Positions 39,232 to 53,700 are shown, numbered from the whole stretch's first letter. The stretch is 62,760 nt of DNA, filler included, from Sphacelaria rigidula (GCA_964200075.2; 10 parts of 10 records of this genome joined end to end with filler, not necessarily neighbours in it), one strand, 5' to 3'. Translations and numbers: made by a program. The notes: generated by a model not told the origin, from the letters alone.

Positions 39232-40516
39232 CAATTAAGAGGCTAGTTGACCCCTAGAGCAGTAGACCTCAAGAAATGTTCGTACGCAATGGTTGACAGG
39301 GATGACTACTCGATCTTACACTTGATAAAGTTCTGGAAAAATAATATGGTTTGGGGGCAGGTGAGCAGTGGACCCAGCTCGTCTAGAACATGTTTTTGTC
39401 GAAATCGGCGCCTGTCGCGACGATTTGAAGTCTGCCAACACACAGTTTGCTGAGAGGAATCTCTGCACCCTCCTCGCCCGAGGGTCTCGTGCGTCTTGGG
39501 TCGGGGTTAGGGGTAGGGCTAGGGTTAGTGTTCATTTGTAACATTCCATGATGTTCACCATTAACCATTTCTACGAACATTTGTTTAGGTCCCCTCCTAA
39601 GACCGCGAGGGTAGGTCACCTGCTGAATCGGCATTACTGTCACTCGAAAAAGTATGCGTAATCCAGATGGACTACACACGTGGACAGATAACACCCTGTG
39701 GGGCACATCTACAGGGGTTCAGGGAAACTGTGCAGTGTTTCTCGCCGGGATTTGGCTGTAGGGTGTTTTTTTGCGCTACACAGAACACTTCACAGGGTTT
39801 CAGGGAAACTGTGCAGCGTTTCTCGCGGGGATTTAGATCACGCATACCAGTGCAGCGACGCAGCCCATCCCGACACCAGTTCCCCACTCTGCCAGGAAGA
39901 AAGTGGCCATACGAGGCGTGATAGCTGGTTCCGACTGGATGACGCACGTCTCATGAGCGCTACTGGCGAAACAACCCCAAGCGTGGGAGTTCCCACAATC
40001 TCTCGTTGTGTGAGTGTCCAGCTTTGGTTTTGCTCATCTAACCCAACTGACTGTATCTGCCTTTCCCCCCGGGGCTGCCAGGAGCTTAGTAGATCTTGCA
40101 GAGGTGCAGTAGCTCACGCTCTTGTCTGAACAGCAGGCGACTACCTCGCTGCTACATTTTGCCTGCTCTTCACTTGGAAAGTATGCATGTACGCGAATGG
40201 ACAGCACTCTACTTGCGTCGGCGGCAGTTGCGCAACGGGGACATCGCCTTGTTACGTGTCCTGTAGGGCTTAGAGGCACGTCCTGTTCAAAAGATTCCGC
40301 ACAATGACGGTGGCTTTTCTGTTGAACTGCTCATCATGCTTGAGCTGCGGTGCAGAAACTCGTGGGTTAGGTTTACATGGTCAAAACCGCTTGCTCATCC
40401 CGAGCCTTTTGGACGAAACAAATGAAATTTCGATGGCAACGTCAACCTCACCCAAATGCTGAACCTCAAAATCAGACCCAGGCTGTTATGTCATGACGAA
40501 GTTGTTCCGATTATTA

Positions 40517-41508
40517 TGTACAATGAGAGGGTGTACCCTACCGATCAGGTACCGTTCCCAAGAGTCGAACGGTCACCGTCATCATTTTTTCTTTTCATAG
40601 GGAAAAACATTGCGCTCCGGACCACAAGGATTGGATATTCATTGATTCCGATTATTTTCCGAGCCGTTGTTGGGCTATACTTTGAAACGGCATGTTATTG
40701 CGAGGTGGCTGGTGTAGTTGTACGGTCGTCGTTAGCATTATTTCGAATCTCAGACCAAGGAAAGATTCAAGCCGGAACTCAGCCCTTAGACGGCGAGAGT
40801 GGGTCACCTGCTGAATCGGCATCAATATTCACTTGAAAAAAGAATACGTGACCCAAATGAACTACCCTCACCGAGGTCTAGGGGTTAACGGTCGGGACCT
40901 ACGTTACGGTCTGCGAACGAACTTGAACCACTGTGACCCACGGCGTGTTGTGTTCTTTCTCGACATGAAAAGGCGAGACATCACACGCAAGTCATCAACC
41001 GGCGCATTTAGCCTTGATACCCTTTCGTCTCGGGCTCGTGAACCATACTTTAGGGCATCTGCTGACAATTTATTTCAGTAGAGTTCACTGGCGTTGGGCT
41101 ATGGTTCAGAACGCTTGATATGACTTGATTTAAGTGTAAACGACGAGAATCGGAGTTTTAGTGAGGCTGACAGTCCCCGTGTGCTCCTCGCGTGTGCCGA
41201 CCGCATTCTCGTTGAAATCGGCGCCACAGGCGCCGATTTGGGGTCTACCAAGGCCACACTTTGCCTAGGACATGTGTGTTCCGCCTTTGCCCGAGGGTTC
41301 TCGGTATGTGTTGGGTTAGGCTTCACGGGTGGCCACTGGGGTGCCTGCAACCTCACATTTGGACGTTCCAGACGTTGCACAAGGTCTGTAACGTCCAAAT
41401 TTGAGGCTGCAGGCACCCCAGTGGCCACCCATGTTAGGGTTCGGGGTAGTGATACTTGTAGAATTGTGCCAACCATTGTGAAACGTACGCAGCCTAACGA
41501 CGGTTAAC
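40517..41508 (+). repeat. ~0.8-1 kb dispersed repeat with a TTAGGG-like tract; second copy at 46657-47468; related module at 39245-39600 (-) and 47570-47920 (+)
   Basis: Collinear from TGTACAATGAGAGGGT to GACGGTTAA on two different contigs. Confidence 0.85.
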
Positions 41509-44349
41509 TAGCCTCTTATTGTGCTACACGTCAACGTGTTGTGCAACAACTTGAAATGTGCATGTGGCTCTCTTTCGAATAAACTGTTGACTCTCAATCC
41601 GATCTGTTGCTCTCCATCTCACGAAAACATTGTTTTATCCGCATCAGCGCAAGCGAAAACAGAGGCCCAAACGTCGAGCCAGTTGTGATGGTGCGCTCAG
41701 TAATCTCATGGGTGTTTTTTTTCCGTCCGATTGAATGTTTGGTGTACGTGACACCATTGTCTGGGTTCACAATATACGGCAGGCGAGTGGTGGACAAGAT
41801 CCACGGTTCAAGATATCCTCACACACAGCCAGGCACTGAATCAACGCACTTCTCTCTTTACGACCATCGCAGCTCTGTGGATACCGACGTCCGAGTACAT
41901 GACTTAAAGCACAAGGGATCCTTTCGGCCTGGCTGCCAATAATGGCATCGATTGATGATGCCCATAGCAATGTCGTCTTTACGCCCTTGAATCCATCGGA
42001 GGTATTCATAGGTCATCCTGACGTATCTCTCGAGGTATCCGACGTCGACAAAGCCCGGGCCTTGCGCACGGCATGTTTCCCGAGGAAACCTGGCTCCAGT
42101 GGGAAATTCGCCGGCCCATGGCGTGCGTCTAAGAACGACGCTGTAGCACGGCCGCTTGGCGCGAAGTCGAACTGTTTGGAAGGAAAATCGTTGGGCTAAT
42201 CTCGGTTGCATTTCTCGCCGACACTCGTATACGGTTGAACGCAGCCGGGATGAACAGGAGAGATACATATCACTCGCGCATCTTCCGGGTTTGATCGACG
42301 AGGGTGCCGTCGAGCGTCTGTGCTTAGACCGCCGGTGATGAACATTGCTTCAAGTGATTTCAAGCCCTAAAATGGGTTTGTAGAGCCCGAGGAGGAATGA
42401 AATCCATGCGAAGTGGCAAAAAACACAATGTTTCGACTCTAGGATGGATACCGTGACGGAAACATGAAGCAGGGCGGAAATATGCTGTCCCCCGTCTACG
42501 TCCCTACGTTGTTGATTTCCGCAGAGCCCAATATGGTTGTCTTTTATGTCTACTTACCATTCTCCATGGTCGATGTGTCAGCGTGATACATTCCTCCACT
42601 TTGTGTGATTTTATACTTTACTTGACCTGACGGGAGAAAACTTCGGTACGACTACTGTGGTGCAATGAGTTGATTCTGAAAAAAGACGAGTTTGGTTCAA
42701 CCACAAATATCTGGTAACATGTGACACTGTGATATGATGTGACTGCAGGACGTAGCCATGATATTGGGCAAAAGTGACATTGAATGATGGGACATTTTCA
42801 TGCTCAACTAGCGGAGAATTCGCTGTCCCTTGAGGTTGACGTTCTACGGAGAGCATGTATTTGAATTCGAAAAATGGTAGTGACCCGACCATGGCATGAA
42901 GTGACGAGCACGCATTTTGGGATTGTATGGTATGACCTTAGCTATGTTCATTAAGGGGGCGGCGAAGCGCGTTCGAAATAGTAGCCCCTATGCTCACTCT
43001 CTCTTCTCATCTCGGTTTTTGGCCGCGATTCACCAGTTTCCCCGATGGAGAATCTACAAACCGCGAGAAAGTGAGTCCCAGAGATAAGAGCAGTAGTCGG
43101 GCCGGTGTTTTGTCTGGTGTGTTTTATTGATTAAAGCTTAGGCCTGTTTCGGTTTGTGTTGTAATTATGTTCTATAACTGAGCTGTAGATGAAGCTCGGA
43201 TACAATCAATTGTGTGAAACAAAAACAGTGCTACTCTTGTCTGTAATTGCTTGTTGTCTCCTTGTGTGAAAGCAACACGAGAGCGACTGTGGTCAGCCCG
43301 CGCTGTTGAGCTGAGTAAACAAACAACGTACGCAGAGGTCTGAACCTGGAACAATCTTGGTGAACACCATTACAACATCCACAAGGTGCCTTCACTTCTT
43401 CACATCACAGTTGGAGCTCCCGCACTGCCTCTGCTGTACTTTGGTTTTAGTTGCGTTGTGTTCAGACTGTCGAACTGCCGTGTACACTACACCACCAGTG
43501 TGCCTTGCATGCGCGTCTCTTTTATTTGTTCATCGTCTACCCGTCTGTAGTTGTTGCTCTGTCCTCTATCCCTAGCACGATGAGTTCAAGGACCTCTGAT
43601 ACACTAGACGCTCGCCCCCTGCGCCGACTCCGACGCGAACGTACGCGAGCAATAGCACTTGCCCCCCCACCATCCTCACCTGCTCGTCCCAGCTGCCTAT
43701 CTGAGGCAACTGCCCCAGTAATGATACCCATCTACTCTGTAGCGGATGCGAGTCACCAGGTAGAGTCTAATTTATACCGTGACTCTCCTGCCCCATTACA
43801 TTTTTTCTCACATGAGACAGTTTTTACGATAGCCCCCCCCCAAAACCAGCTAAAAGTGTCACGAAAAAAAAGGCCATAAAGCGCCTGATGTTCGGGTTCA
43901 GGCTNNNNNNNNNNNNNNNNNNNNNNNNNNNNNNNNNNNNNNNNNNNNTTAATTAATTAANNNNNNNNNNNNNNNNNNNNNNNNNNNNNNNNNNNNNNNN
44001 NNNNGTTTGAAATCCTGACTCTGAATCTGAAACTACACTCTGAATCTCACGAATATAGTGTTGCATGTTGAATCGTCAATATATATATATATATATACAT
44101 ATTCGGCAAATATATATTGGCGCCTTACCGCACCCACATATCACTCGCCAATATATATTGAGGTGGCGCGTGTCGTGATATATTGTTCGGTCGGTATACA
44201 CTGCATGTCGCGAGGCTTGATATATTGAGGACACGATATATATTGAACTGTCTCTCGTGTCATCATATTGCTCGCCCGATACATATTGACCACCCGACGC
44301 ATAGACATATTGAATGGGAAATATATATTACGTGTTGTATTGTCCAGGG

Positions 44350-46320
44350 TGTGGATATTTAACAAAGAGTTGCGCAAGGATCTACGTTATCATTCACGTT
44401 ATTCAAAGTATTTATTAATGACATGATAATGGCAATGGAAGCAGCAAAGCAAGGGGTCAAGGTGAGGGAACATATATATGGTATCAGGATTGATGTTCGC
44501 GGATGATTTCGTGGGGATATAAGACACACCAGCAGAAGGATTGCAGAAGCAGATAGACAATGCGCTACATTACACTAGGAAATGGAGAATGACAGCGAAC
44601 GTTAGCCAATGCGCGGTACTCGTCTGTAGCGAAGATAAGAAAAATTCGGTAGAGTTCGAGTGGAAATGGGGAGAAGAGGAAGTGCCAATCGTAGATCAGT
44701 ATATATATCTTGGTGTGGAGATTTCAAAAAATTGTTCTTGGGATGCTCACATAAATATAGCAATAGACAAGGGTAACGGCACACTTAGACAAGATGGACG
44801 TGATCCTCAGATACTCGCACCTACTGTAGATCCTAGGATTAAGATATGTATCCTGATGAACGCGAATGTACCTAAAAGCTTGAGTATACAGGAAATGTAT
44901 GGGAGCGGAACGTGAAGTTGATGGAGAAGTTGAAAACAGTATATATACAGATGGCAGCAGCTAAGAAATACTCGGTTCCTCGAAAACGACGAGCAATACA
45001 GCAATGATTGAGAGCAGAATTAGGGGTGTACACACTTGAAACAAACAGAGGTATGACGAAATTCAAATGGCAATATAGCGAAAGAACATGCAGAGAACGA
45101 GATTGCCAGCCATAGTTGATGGGCCTGTATGGAAGAAAATGACGAAAGGGCAGGCTGGAATTAGGTGGGATAAAGAAGTCGAAAACGTATGGAAGGAGAT
45201 AGGAGGAAACCAAGACGAAATATTGTCGACATACAGGTGAAAGCGCGGGGTGCAAGATAAAAGTAAGAGACACGACATAGAAATAAAGGCAAAGAAACGC
45301 TCAGACGCAAAAGTAGACAAGGAAGAACACCTGAAGATATACAGGGGGTTGAGACATGGGATAAGAATGAAAACATATCTGCATGACCCAATGGACGCAG
45401 CGAAAAAATGGAATTGCGATTTCTGGTGGGGGACCGGAACCTGCCAGAAAGAAGAAAGAAATATACCAGTAGTAGTCGAGAGGAGGAGAAAGTAGATGCA
45501 CAGAGTTGCCCCTGTGGCGAAGCAATAGAGCAGAACTCATGTTATAGAGAACACGGGATTTTACAACCGGAGATGGAGTTTTCATTGGGGATGAGAAGCC
45601 GGAGACTTAAAATATTTGTCTCCGCATCAAATCTTCGAAATATTGTTCCATGTCTTCACTCGCTGGTAGCTTTCGACAACTACTACACGCCATACAAATT
45701 TGGATTCCGATAACCGAGATGTTGGGGTCCTAGGTCAAACACCGATTTGGGGGAATTTTGGTGATCCGATCGGACCCCAAAATTGAGTTTTGACCTTGGA
45801 CCCCAACAGTTTGGTTATCGAAATCCAAATTTGTATGGCGTGTAGTAGTTGTCAATAGCTACCAGTAAGTGAAGAAATGGAACCATATTTCGAAGAATTG
45901 GTGTGGATATGAAGATTTTAATTCTCCGGGCTCTCATCCCCAATAAAATCTCCATGCCAGGTTTGTAAAATGCCATGTTAGTGGCAGAATGTGAACTATA
46001 CAGTATACGGAGGAACGGAACGTGCTAGAGGGGGAAATGCGGGACGTGAACAAAGGTGGCATGAAATCGTTTGATGCAATAGACAGTGGGCAGAAAACGA
46101 TGGCTATGTTATATAGGAGATAGATGGTGGACACAGACGGCGAAACAAGACGGGGATAAGGTATGTAAAAGGGTTTGTGTAGAGCTTTAGTGTATGAAAG
46201 AAACGCAATGAGCACCTAAATGTTGGAGGTGTCTCTACTAGGAGTAGGAACGGTGCTCCGTCTCGGAAGGGATGCATGGTCAATGGTCAAACGACAAAGA
46301 CAAATGAGTACGCCCCCCAC
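44350..46320 (+). mobile_element. Degenerate 5'-truncated non-LTR retrotransposon (LINE): RT domain plus C-terminal Cys/His motif, ending GAGTACG-poly(C)
   Basis: Frameshifted RT motifs VAQGSTLSFTLFKVFINDM, GLMFADDFVG, LQKQID...KWRMTAN..QC, YIYLGVEI; CPCG...H...EC motif; interrupted by a MITE at ~45550-45979. Confidence 0.9.
45550..45979. mobile_element. Foldback MITE inserted in the LINE; second copy at 53084-53528 in an IDE intron
   Basis: Arms of ~190 bp complementary (AAATCTTCGAAATAT...TGGTAGCT.TTGACAACTACTACACG...AAATTTGGATT.CGATAACC); AACA...TGTT termini. Confidence 0.88.
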
Positions 46321-46533
46321 CCGTTGACTCAAATCGACTTCATCACTAAAAATTGTCACTCAAGCACGGTTTCAAGCCCCCCCCCGAAAAAACCCTGGCG
46401 ATGTGACAAGGATGATGAGGGGAATCCCTTCAAACCAAATGAACAATGCTTGTACTGGTTCGCCCAACGCCGATCGGTGGATGGTTTCATTATTCCCTTC
46501 CTCTTCTGGGGTCGATCGATGAACTTGTCGCAG

Positions 46534-46650
46534 ATGCTGAAGGAGATGCAGGAGGAGCAGCGTGCCATGAACAATCCTGCAGAGAAACAAGCGCAAGCCC
46601 ACGCCGCGTCGGTCAAACGCTTCACGGGGGGCGGGTTCGCCGTGAACTGA
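46534..46650 (+). CDS. Candidate terminal exon of an unknown gene
   Basis: CGCAG acceptor, GC3-rich codons, MLKEMQEEQRAMNNPAEKQAQAHAASVKRFTGGGFAVN*. Confidence 0.5.
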   Translation: MLKEMQEEQRAMNNPAEKQAQAHAASVKRFTGGGFAVN

Positions 46651-49110
46651 GTGAATGTACAATGAGAGGGTACCCACCCCACCTGTCGGGTATCATTCCC
46701 AAGAATCGAACGTTCACCGTCGTCAGTTTTTCCTTTCATAGAGAGAGAAATTGCGCTCCGAATCACAAGGATTGGACTTTCATTGGTTCCGATTATTTTC
46801 CGAGCCGCCGTTGAGCTATATATTATAAAATGGCTGCACACACAAACGGCACGTTGTTGCCAGGTGGCTGGTGCAGGTGTACGATGGTCGTTAGCATTAT
46901 TTCGAATCTCAGACCAAGGAAAGATTCGAGCCGGAACGGAATAATTTGGGCCTGCGGTGCAGACTGCGAAGATGTCAACAGTCTCATGCGATAGCGAACT
47001 CGAACTAGTGTGATTCACGACGTGTTGTGTTTTTTCTCGACATGAAAAGGCGAGATATCACACTCGAGTCATCAACCAGCGCATTTAGCCTTGATACTCT
47101 TTCGTTTCGGGCTCGTGAACCCTATTTTAGGAGCATCTGCTGACAATTTATTTCAGTAGAGTCTACTGGCGTTGGGCTACGCTTTAGAATGGTTGATATT
47201 ACTTGGTTTGCGTGTGAACGACGAGGATCGGAACTTAATTGAGGCTGACAGTCCCGTGTGCTCCTCGCGTGCACAAAACGCGTTTTCCTTTAAATCGGCG
47301 TCACAGGCGCTGATTTGGGGTCTACCAAGGCCGCACTTTGCCGAGGGAATGTATGTTGCGTTCTTGCCCGAGGGTTCTCGGAATGCGTTGGGTTGGGATT
47401 AGGGTTAGGGGTAGCGATACTTGAAAAATTGTGTCAACCATTCCAAAATGTAGCCTGATGACGGTTAACCCTTAGACCGCGGTGCGGGTAGTCCATCTGG
47501 ATGACGCATACTTTTTTCAGGTGAAATTTGATGCCGATTCAGCAGGTGACCTACCCTCGCGGTCAGGGGAGAGGACCTAGAGAAATATTCGTAGATAATG
47601 GTTGATGGAGAACATCATGGGATGTTACAAACTAACACTAGCTCTAACCCTAACCCCGACCCAAGGTACACCAGACCCTCGGGCGAGGAGAGTGCATAGA
47701 TTCCCCTGGGCAAAGTGTGCGTTGGCAGACTTCAAATCGTCGCGGCAGGCAACGATTTCGACAAAAACACGTTCTGGACGAGCTGGGTCCACTGCTCACC
47801 AGCCCCGAACTATATTTTTTTTCAGAACTTTCTCAACTCTAAAATCGAGTAGTCATCTCTGTCAACCATTGTTCACCAACATTTCTTCAGGTCTACTGCT
47901 CCAAGGGTCAACTAGCCTCTTACTATGCTACAAGCCAACGTGTCGTGTAACAATTTGAAAGGTGCATGTCACCGTCTTCCGAAAAAAAAAGGTCACTCTC
48001 AATCAGATACGTTACTCTCAATCTCACAAAACATTGTTATACGTAGATCATTCTCATTCGAGGGCTCCCAACGTGAGGAGCTACACAAGGATGTGGGGCA
48101 GGACATTTTCGTTTTCACATGTATTCGGGATATCGCTAGCGCAGAGAACCTCTCGGGGAGTATACGGGCAACCCCACCGTAGCACCACTCTTCACTAGGA
48201 AATTCACACTTCACCATACGATGCCAGGAGTCGCGCTGCACGGCCTCACGAACAGCATTAATATCTCTTTGCTGCGCATGCACAGCGAAAACGTCACGTC
48301 ATAGTGCACACCCCGGGATACGTACTTCTTACTCCATCGGTCGGGCGGGACCCACTCAGGCTCTGTACGACACACTTATTTTCTCGTCCTCCCCACCTCG
48401 ACACAGCCCGTGTCACATTCCCCCAACGCGATGATGTGTGAACTCGGAACCGATTGTAGAGCACTCAGCAATGTTATTTCTCAACTGAACACCTAGTTAA
48501 AACGTTTGGTTGCCCTGGAAGATATACGGTAGCACGCGCGCTCAGAAAACGATATCATGGCCACGGAACGTGTCCTTGGTGATCGATCATAAACTTTGGA
48601 AGCGGTCAGATTTGTTTCCGCCCGTGAGACAGAAAGTCGAGCCACAGGTGAACCGCGCGCACGTCCATTTTTTCTTCCTCCGTGCCGTGGCCAAAGTCCA
48701 CAGCAGCGGGTAGAGTCAATGAAACACACAACGCAAAGCTATTTCAACATCAACAAAAATGCTCCGTGCTGATCACGCAAGCAGGAGCAGCATCCGACCG
48801 GCACCGGCGTAGGTTCGTTCGCCCAACATTCGGACCCCTCGTGCCACAGCCGCGCCCAGCTTCCCTGAAATCTAGTGCGCTCTATACGCTGCCATGATCA
48901 AAACGCGCGGTCTCATGAAGTAGCAGGTGGGATGAGGCAGAGATGTACCATGCGATACTCCGGTCTATTGACTTGTGGCTTGGCTTTCTCAACACAACGA
49001 ATCCCCCGACAGCGACCAAACAAAACCTCTGCGTGTGTTGTGACATCTCGTACCAAACGGTCTGCCGATTGATTTGTATTATATGTAACGGATGTGCAAC
49101 AGCCGACCAA

Positions 49111-49355
49111 TGCTACGGTAGGGGTGCACTTCTTTCACGAAAATTTGTCTGGTTCAGGGGCTCCCAACGATTCCATACGCACAAGAATATGGGTCAGGGC
49201 ATCCCCGTTTGCGCATTCATTCGGGATATCCCCAGCACATTGGAATAGTAATCTTGGCGTACTCTCGCATATTTTCATATATCGTGCTTCGGATGAGATA
49301 AAAGGCTCCTCACAATTCTAACCTCAGAAAATATTTGTGTACCCCTACCGTAGCA
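49111..49355. mobile_element. MITE with TGCTACGGTAGGGGT TIRs; related fragments at 1-72, ~37296-37360, ~48060-48190
   Basis: TGCTACGGTAGGGGT ... ACCCCTACCGTAGCA; 1-72 is the reverse complement of ~49121-49192. Confidence 0.75.
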
Positions 49356-50339
49356 TCACTCAGCCATGAATCCACGCACTTGATTCTCTTCGTCAGCTCA
49401 CGCTCATGACCAAACAAGAAGAAAAACAAACCATAAAGCTCTCAAAAATCTACCTTGTTTCCGGTTAAGTATATATCCCATCCCTTCAACATGCCTCTCG
49501 AGGCACCGAATACTTCGTCCCGCGATCAAGCACTCCATAGAAACCACGAGCGTGAGCAGCATCTGCGAAAAAGCGGCTAAAAAATCCACCGCCAAGTCAA
49601 AATGCCTAACCTTCTACTGTGCTTGGCTGTATCATAATCGTCACCAACAACGTAGCTATTACCAAAATACTCTGAATCAGTTCACCTACCCTAGCACTTA
49701 TGTGGCCGGCCTACGGGGAGGGGGGGGAGGGGACACACAATAAATGTTGCGAAAACATTTCCTTTTTTGTCGGTCAAGACGTTTCATCATCATCTTCTTG
49801 CTCCTCTGGGCTGTCCTCCTTCTCCGGAATAGTGGCTCCTACCACGATACTGACAAATTGACGTCAATTTCACGAAAACGGGTATACACACGAGGAAAAG
49901 GATCGCGGATTGACGGTCAGCCAGGAAAGAGCCCTCACTCGACTCCCCGCTCCGGTGTCACCACCGCTTGTTCTTGTACTCAAGCCACAACCGCACAGAC
50001 AAACATGCGCAGAGACAAGACATGGACGCACACACTGGGATATATATTAAATGCTAAGCTTCAAAACGTGCTTTCGTTTTTTTTCTCAAGTTATGGCAAC
50101 GAGCGCACCGTCCTCTTCCTCGTACGGTATATATATATAAAAATACCAAGGCTCCTCTCGGGAATATTCCCGTGATACCGCGGTATTTTTNNNNNNNNNN
50201 NNNNNNNNNNNNNNNNNNNNNNNNNNNNNNNNNNTTAATTAATTAANNNNNNNNNNNNNNNNNNNNNNNNNNNNNNNNNNNNNNNNNNNNCCCTCACGCG
50301 GCGGCCCACGTGGCGCTGCCCGCGGCCCGGGGTGTGGGT

Positions 50340-50370
<31 letters not shown>

Positions 50371-50545
50371 ACTTTCCCCCGCATGTTGGGTCGGATGGCT
50401 GAAAGCGCCTTCTCCGCTCCGCAGTTTTTTCTCTGCACGAGCGGAATACATACGACACAAAAAAAAAGAAATACACGCTCGAATTTTTATTTGCTCGAAA
50501 CTATGATGGGGCGACCGGTCGACGATATACGGTTCACATCGTCTG

Positions 50546-50597
<52 letters not shown>

Positions 50598-50785
50598 ACT
50601 TCTCTATTGGGGAGTTCACACCACAGCGGTTTACTTCGGTGGAGCACCTTGACAGCCGTACCAATGAGCAAGGCGTGGGTGGTGCCCTGTTGTTTGCCTT
50701 CATGACGTGAAGCGTTCATGACACGGAATTCTGGGATTCCACGTGTAAACACAGAACAATCTTGTACTTTTCGAACTTACAACAG

Positions 50786-53700
50786 GTGATCAACAGCAAC
50801 GCACCTCGACCAGCTTTTCCAGGGATGCAGTCGTTCGGCCCCGGCCAGGTAAGATCAAGATGGGCCAGCGCGAGTGACGATGGGGCAAATTACTTACCTC
50901 GGTAAAACAGTCCGGCATATTTACACGGTGCGTACGATGATATGTGGATCATATCTGGTCTAGAACGTGGGGTAATAATGGGCATGCCACTCTACGGTTT
51001 GCCTTTTTTTTTTCCCGTCCTTCCGTTCGTGTCGTCTGTTCGTTCCTTCTCGTTTCCGTCCTCCTTATGCTCGAGTTTGTTTTACTTTGCTTCGAGTCAT
51101 TCCGCTGTCTTTTACATAGTCGAAACCGCCGCCAAGTTGGTGGCCAATCAGTGAAACACGAGATAATGAACCGATCGATCTGTTCATTGATCGATCAATC
51201 GATTATTTTCAGTGAGGGTTAACTTCCATGGGTTCGCGTTGGTCAAGGAAAAGAAAAAAGCAGCGGGTGTTCACTGCAGGAGCGGAAAGGCCGGAGAAAA
51301 GTAGAAATGTTGTCAAAAAATAAAAAATCTAGCCCTTGAAAATCTTTTTCGGTGGTTTCGTTTGTTCTGAGCTTCGGCGGGGTCCCCAAAGCCTGGAGAA
51401 GTGAAGGCATGAAAAGCACAGCTAACGAGTACTGCGGGGCACAGAAAATAGCTATTTTTTTGTTTTTTACCAAAAGCGGCATTCATTTACGCAAACACGT
51501 TCCATGCATGAGGTGTTCGTTTTACTCGCCACCACAATCACCTGCGCAAGTGAAAGGCCAATGAGATGAGCTAAATATGTGGATGTGTGTGTTCATCGGT
51601 GACATTTAGTACTACCTGCGACTTGTTTTGCCCACGTATTGTTGTGCGCGGAAACTTCGCCCCCGCGACAAACCCCCAGGTGAAAAGACGCCTGAACATC
51701 GTCCCCGTGATGGAGACCCAGCAACTTATCGTCATTTGGCCGATCCCGCCGCTGACCGCCCATTTCCGGTCTAAGCCAGGGGGGTAAGAACCTCTATTGT
51801 ATAAGCACGCTCTTTTATTGTGGTCTAAGCATGGAGGGGGGGGGAGAGGGGGATACAATGTGTCAGACATCGAAGCATTTTGCTCGGCAAAATCAGTGCA
51901 CGCGAACACCATCCATAAGTCTTTGATTCACACAACGCGAGTGATTCTCAAGCGGGATTTTGCATGTTGCAGTATGAAAAGGAGGAGGAGGGTGTTCAGG
52001 AAGCAAAATATATGCGGTTCGAGGCCCAGCATGATCGATTGTGGAAGGAATGAGTTTGATATGTGAAAAGTGAGGCTTGCGAGGGGCAAGGGGCCTCGGA
52101 GATCACTGATGTGTCATGCCGGAACGGACCACACAGCATATCTTTTGTTCAGGAAGCGAACAAAGGGAATGTATTTCTGTCGAATAATGTGGAAGGAGAC
52201 ATGTATTTTCAGCCAGATATGAAGGAGCAAAACAAACCAAGTGGCTTGTCGGGTATGTATTCGAAAATATCGTCAAAAAGTGCAACATTTTTTTTCAACA
52301 ATGTCGAGGACAACCCGCGCTGTCACAGTCGATACGCCTTAGCTACCAAGTTTGTGGCTTTTTCCCTGAGTTCCCAAGCTTTTGGCGATTCATCATGATC
52401 GGGTACTACTGATTTTTGGTCACCGCTATTCGCTTCTTCTGAATTTCTTGCTTTCAAGACCCGTGTATATTTTCATGCCACACCTCGAACACACATTCGA
52501 TTTTCACCATTCTACTGTGTTTTTTTTCTGCACCTCACCGCGCTTGCAGTTCTCCCCTCCACCCCCCTCCCTCTTCCCCTTGTCAATGGTCTTATGACTA
52601 TGGCATGCATGATCATGAGTACAGCCCCTCTCCCCCTCTCCCGGCCGCCCCTCCGGCCACCCTTTTCCCTCCCATCTCTGGTTGCATATCTCTCTCTCTC
52701 TCGGTGTTGGGGTTTCAGATACGTCGGCCGCCTGCTGGGTTACGAGTGTTCGGGGTCTTTGCTGTCGATGCTCAAGCACAAGGGTTGGGCCAACCATCTA
52801 TTCTCTCACCAATCTTACTCATGCTCGGAGTGGTCGACTTTCACCGCCGTGGTCAGCTGCACGGATAGTGGTATGGTGAGAAATTTTCTGAAAAATGTAA
52901 AATGCCGAGTTAAGCGTTTTTGGCTCGGTTCTTCAATCACGATGTGGGGCTTGTGCTTGTATGTGAAGATGTTCGTGTGTGTGTGTGTTTGTGTGTTCTA
53001 ATTGCAGGGTAGTAGATGCGCACGTCGTTAATTCCCTTTTAAGCAAGCCCCGCCGTTTTCCCTCTCCTATAATAGTCGCGCGTTAACAGCCGATTATCGA
53101 AACTGAGGATGGAGCATTTCATTGAGGATGAGAACCCGGAAGATTAAAATGTTTTTATCCACACCAAATCTTCGAAATATGGTTCGATTCATTCACCGCT
53201 GGTAGCTATTGACAACTGCCGCACGCCTTACAAACTTGGATTTCGATAACCGAAATGTTGGGGTTCTAGATGAAAAATCAATTTCGGGGAATGTAGGTGA
53301 TCCGATCGGATCGTTGAAATTCCATGAAACTGGTTTTTCACCTAGGACCCCAACATTTCGGTTGTCGAAATCCAAATTTGTATGACGTGTAGTACTTGTC
53401 AGTAGCTACCAGTATCTAAAGGAATGGAACCGCATTTCAAAGATTTGGTGTGGGTACGAAGAATTGAATCCTCCGGGCTCTCATTCTCAATGAAAAGCTT
53501 CATCCTCAGCTTCGATGATCGGCTGTTTGTTGTTGTGAAGGTACTCGCAACAATCAGGGACTGGATGTGACTCTTGAAGAACTTTTCGATGTCTCCGTCT
53601 GGAGGGATTCGCCAGGTGCTTCATTGGGGCCTCCTATCATTTTTTTGTTACTATTTCCGTCATATTAGCTCGATCATCTCGAACCCGTGGTCACAGAGTG

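Noticed and set aside
41650..42900. Overlapping ORFs suggesting a viral or TE gene
   Set aside because: No recognisable domain, consistent frame or splice pattern.
50291..50367. Very GC-rich sequence beside poly(G) at contig ends (also ~12414-12474, 56576-56640, 62730-62760)
   Set aside because: Likely low-quality base calls after homopolymers at contig termini.
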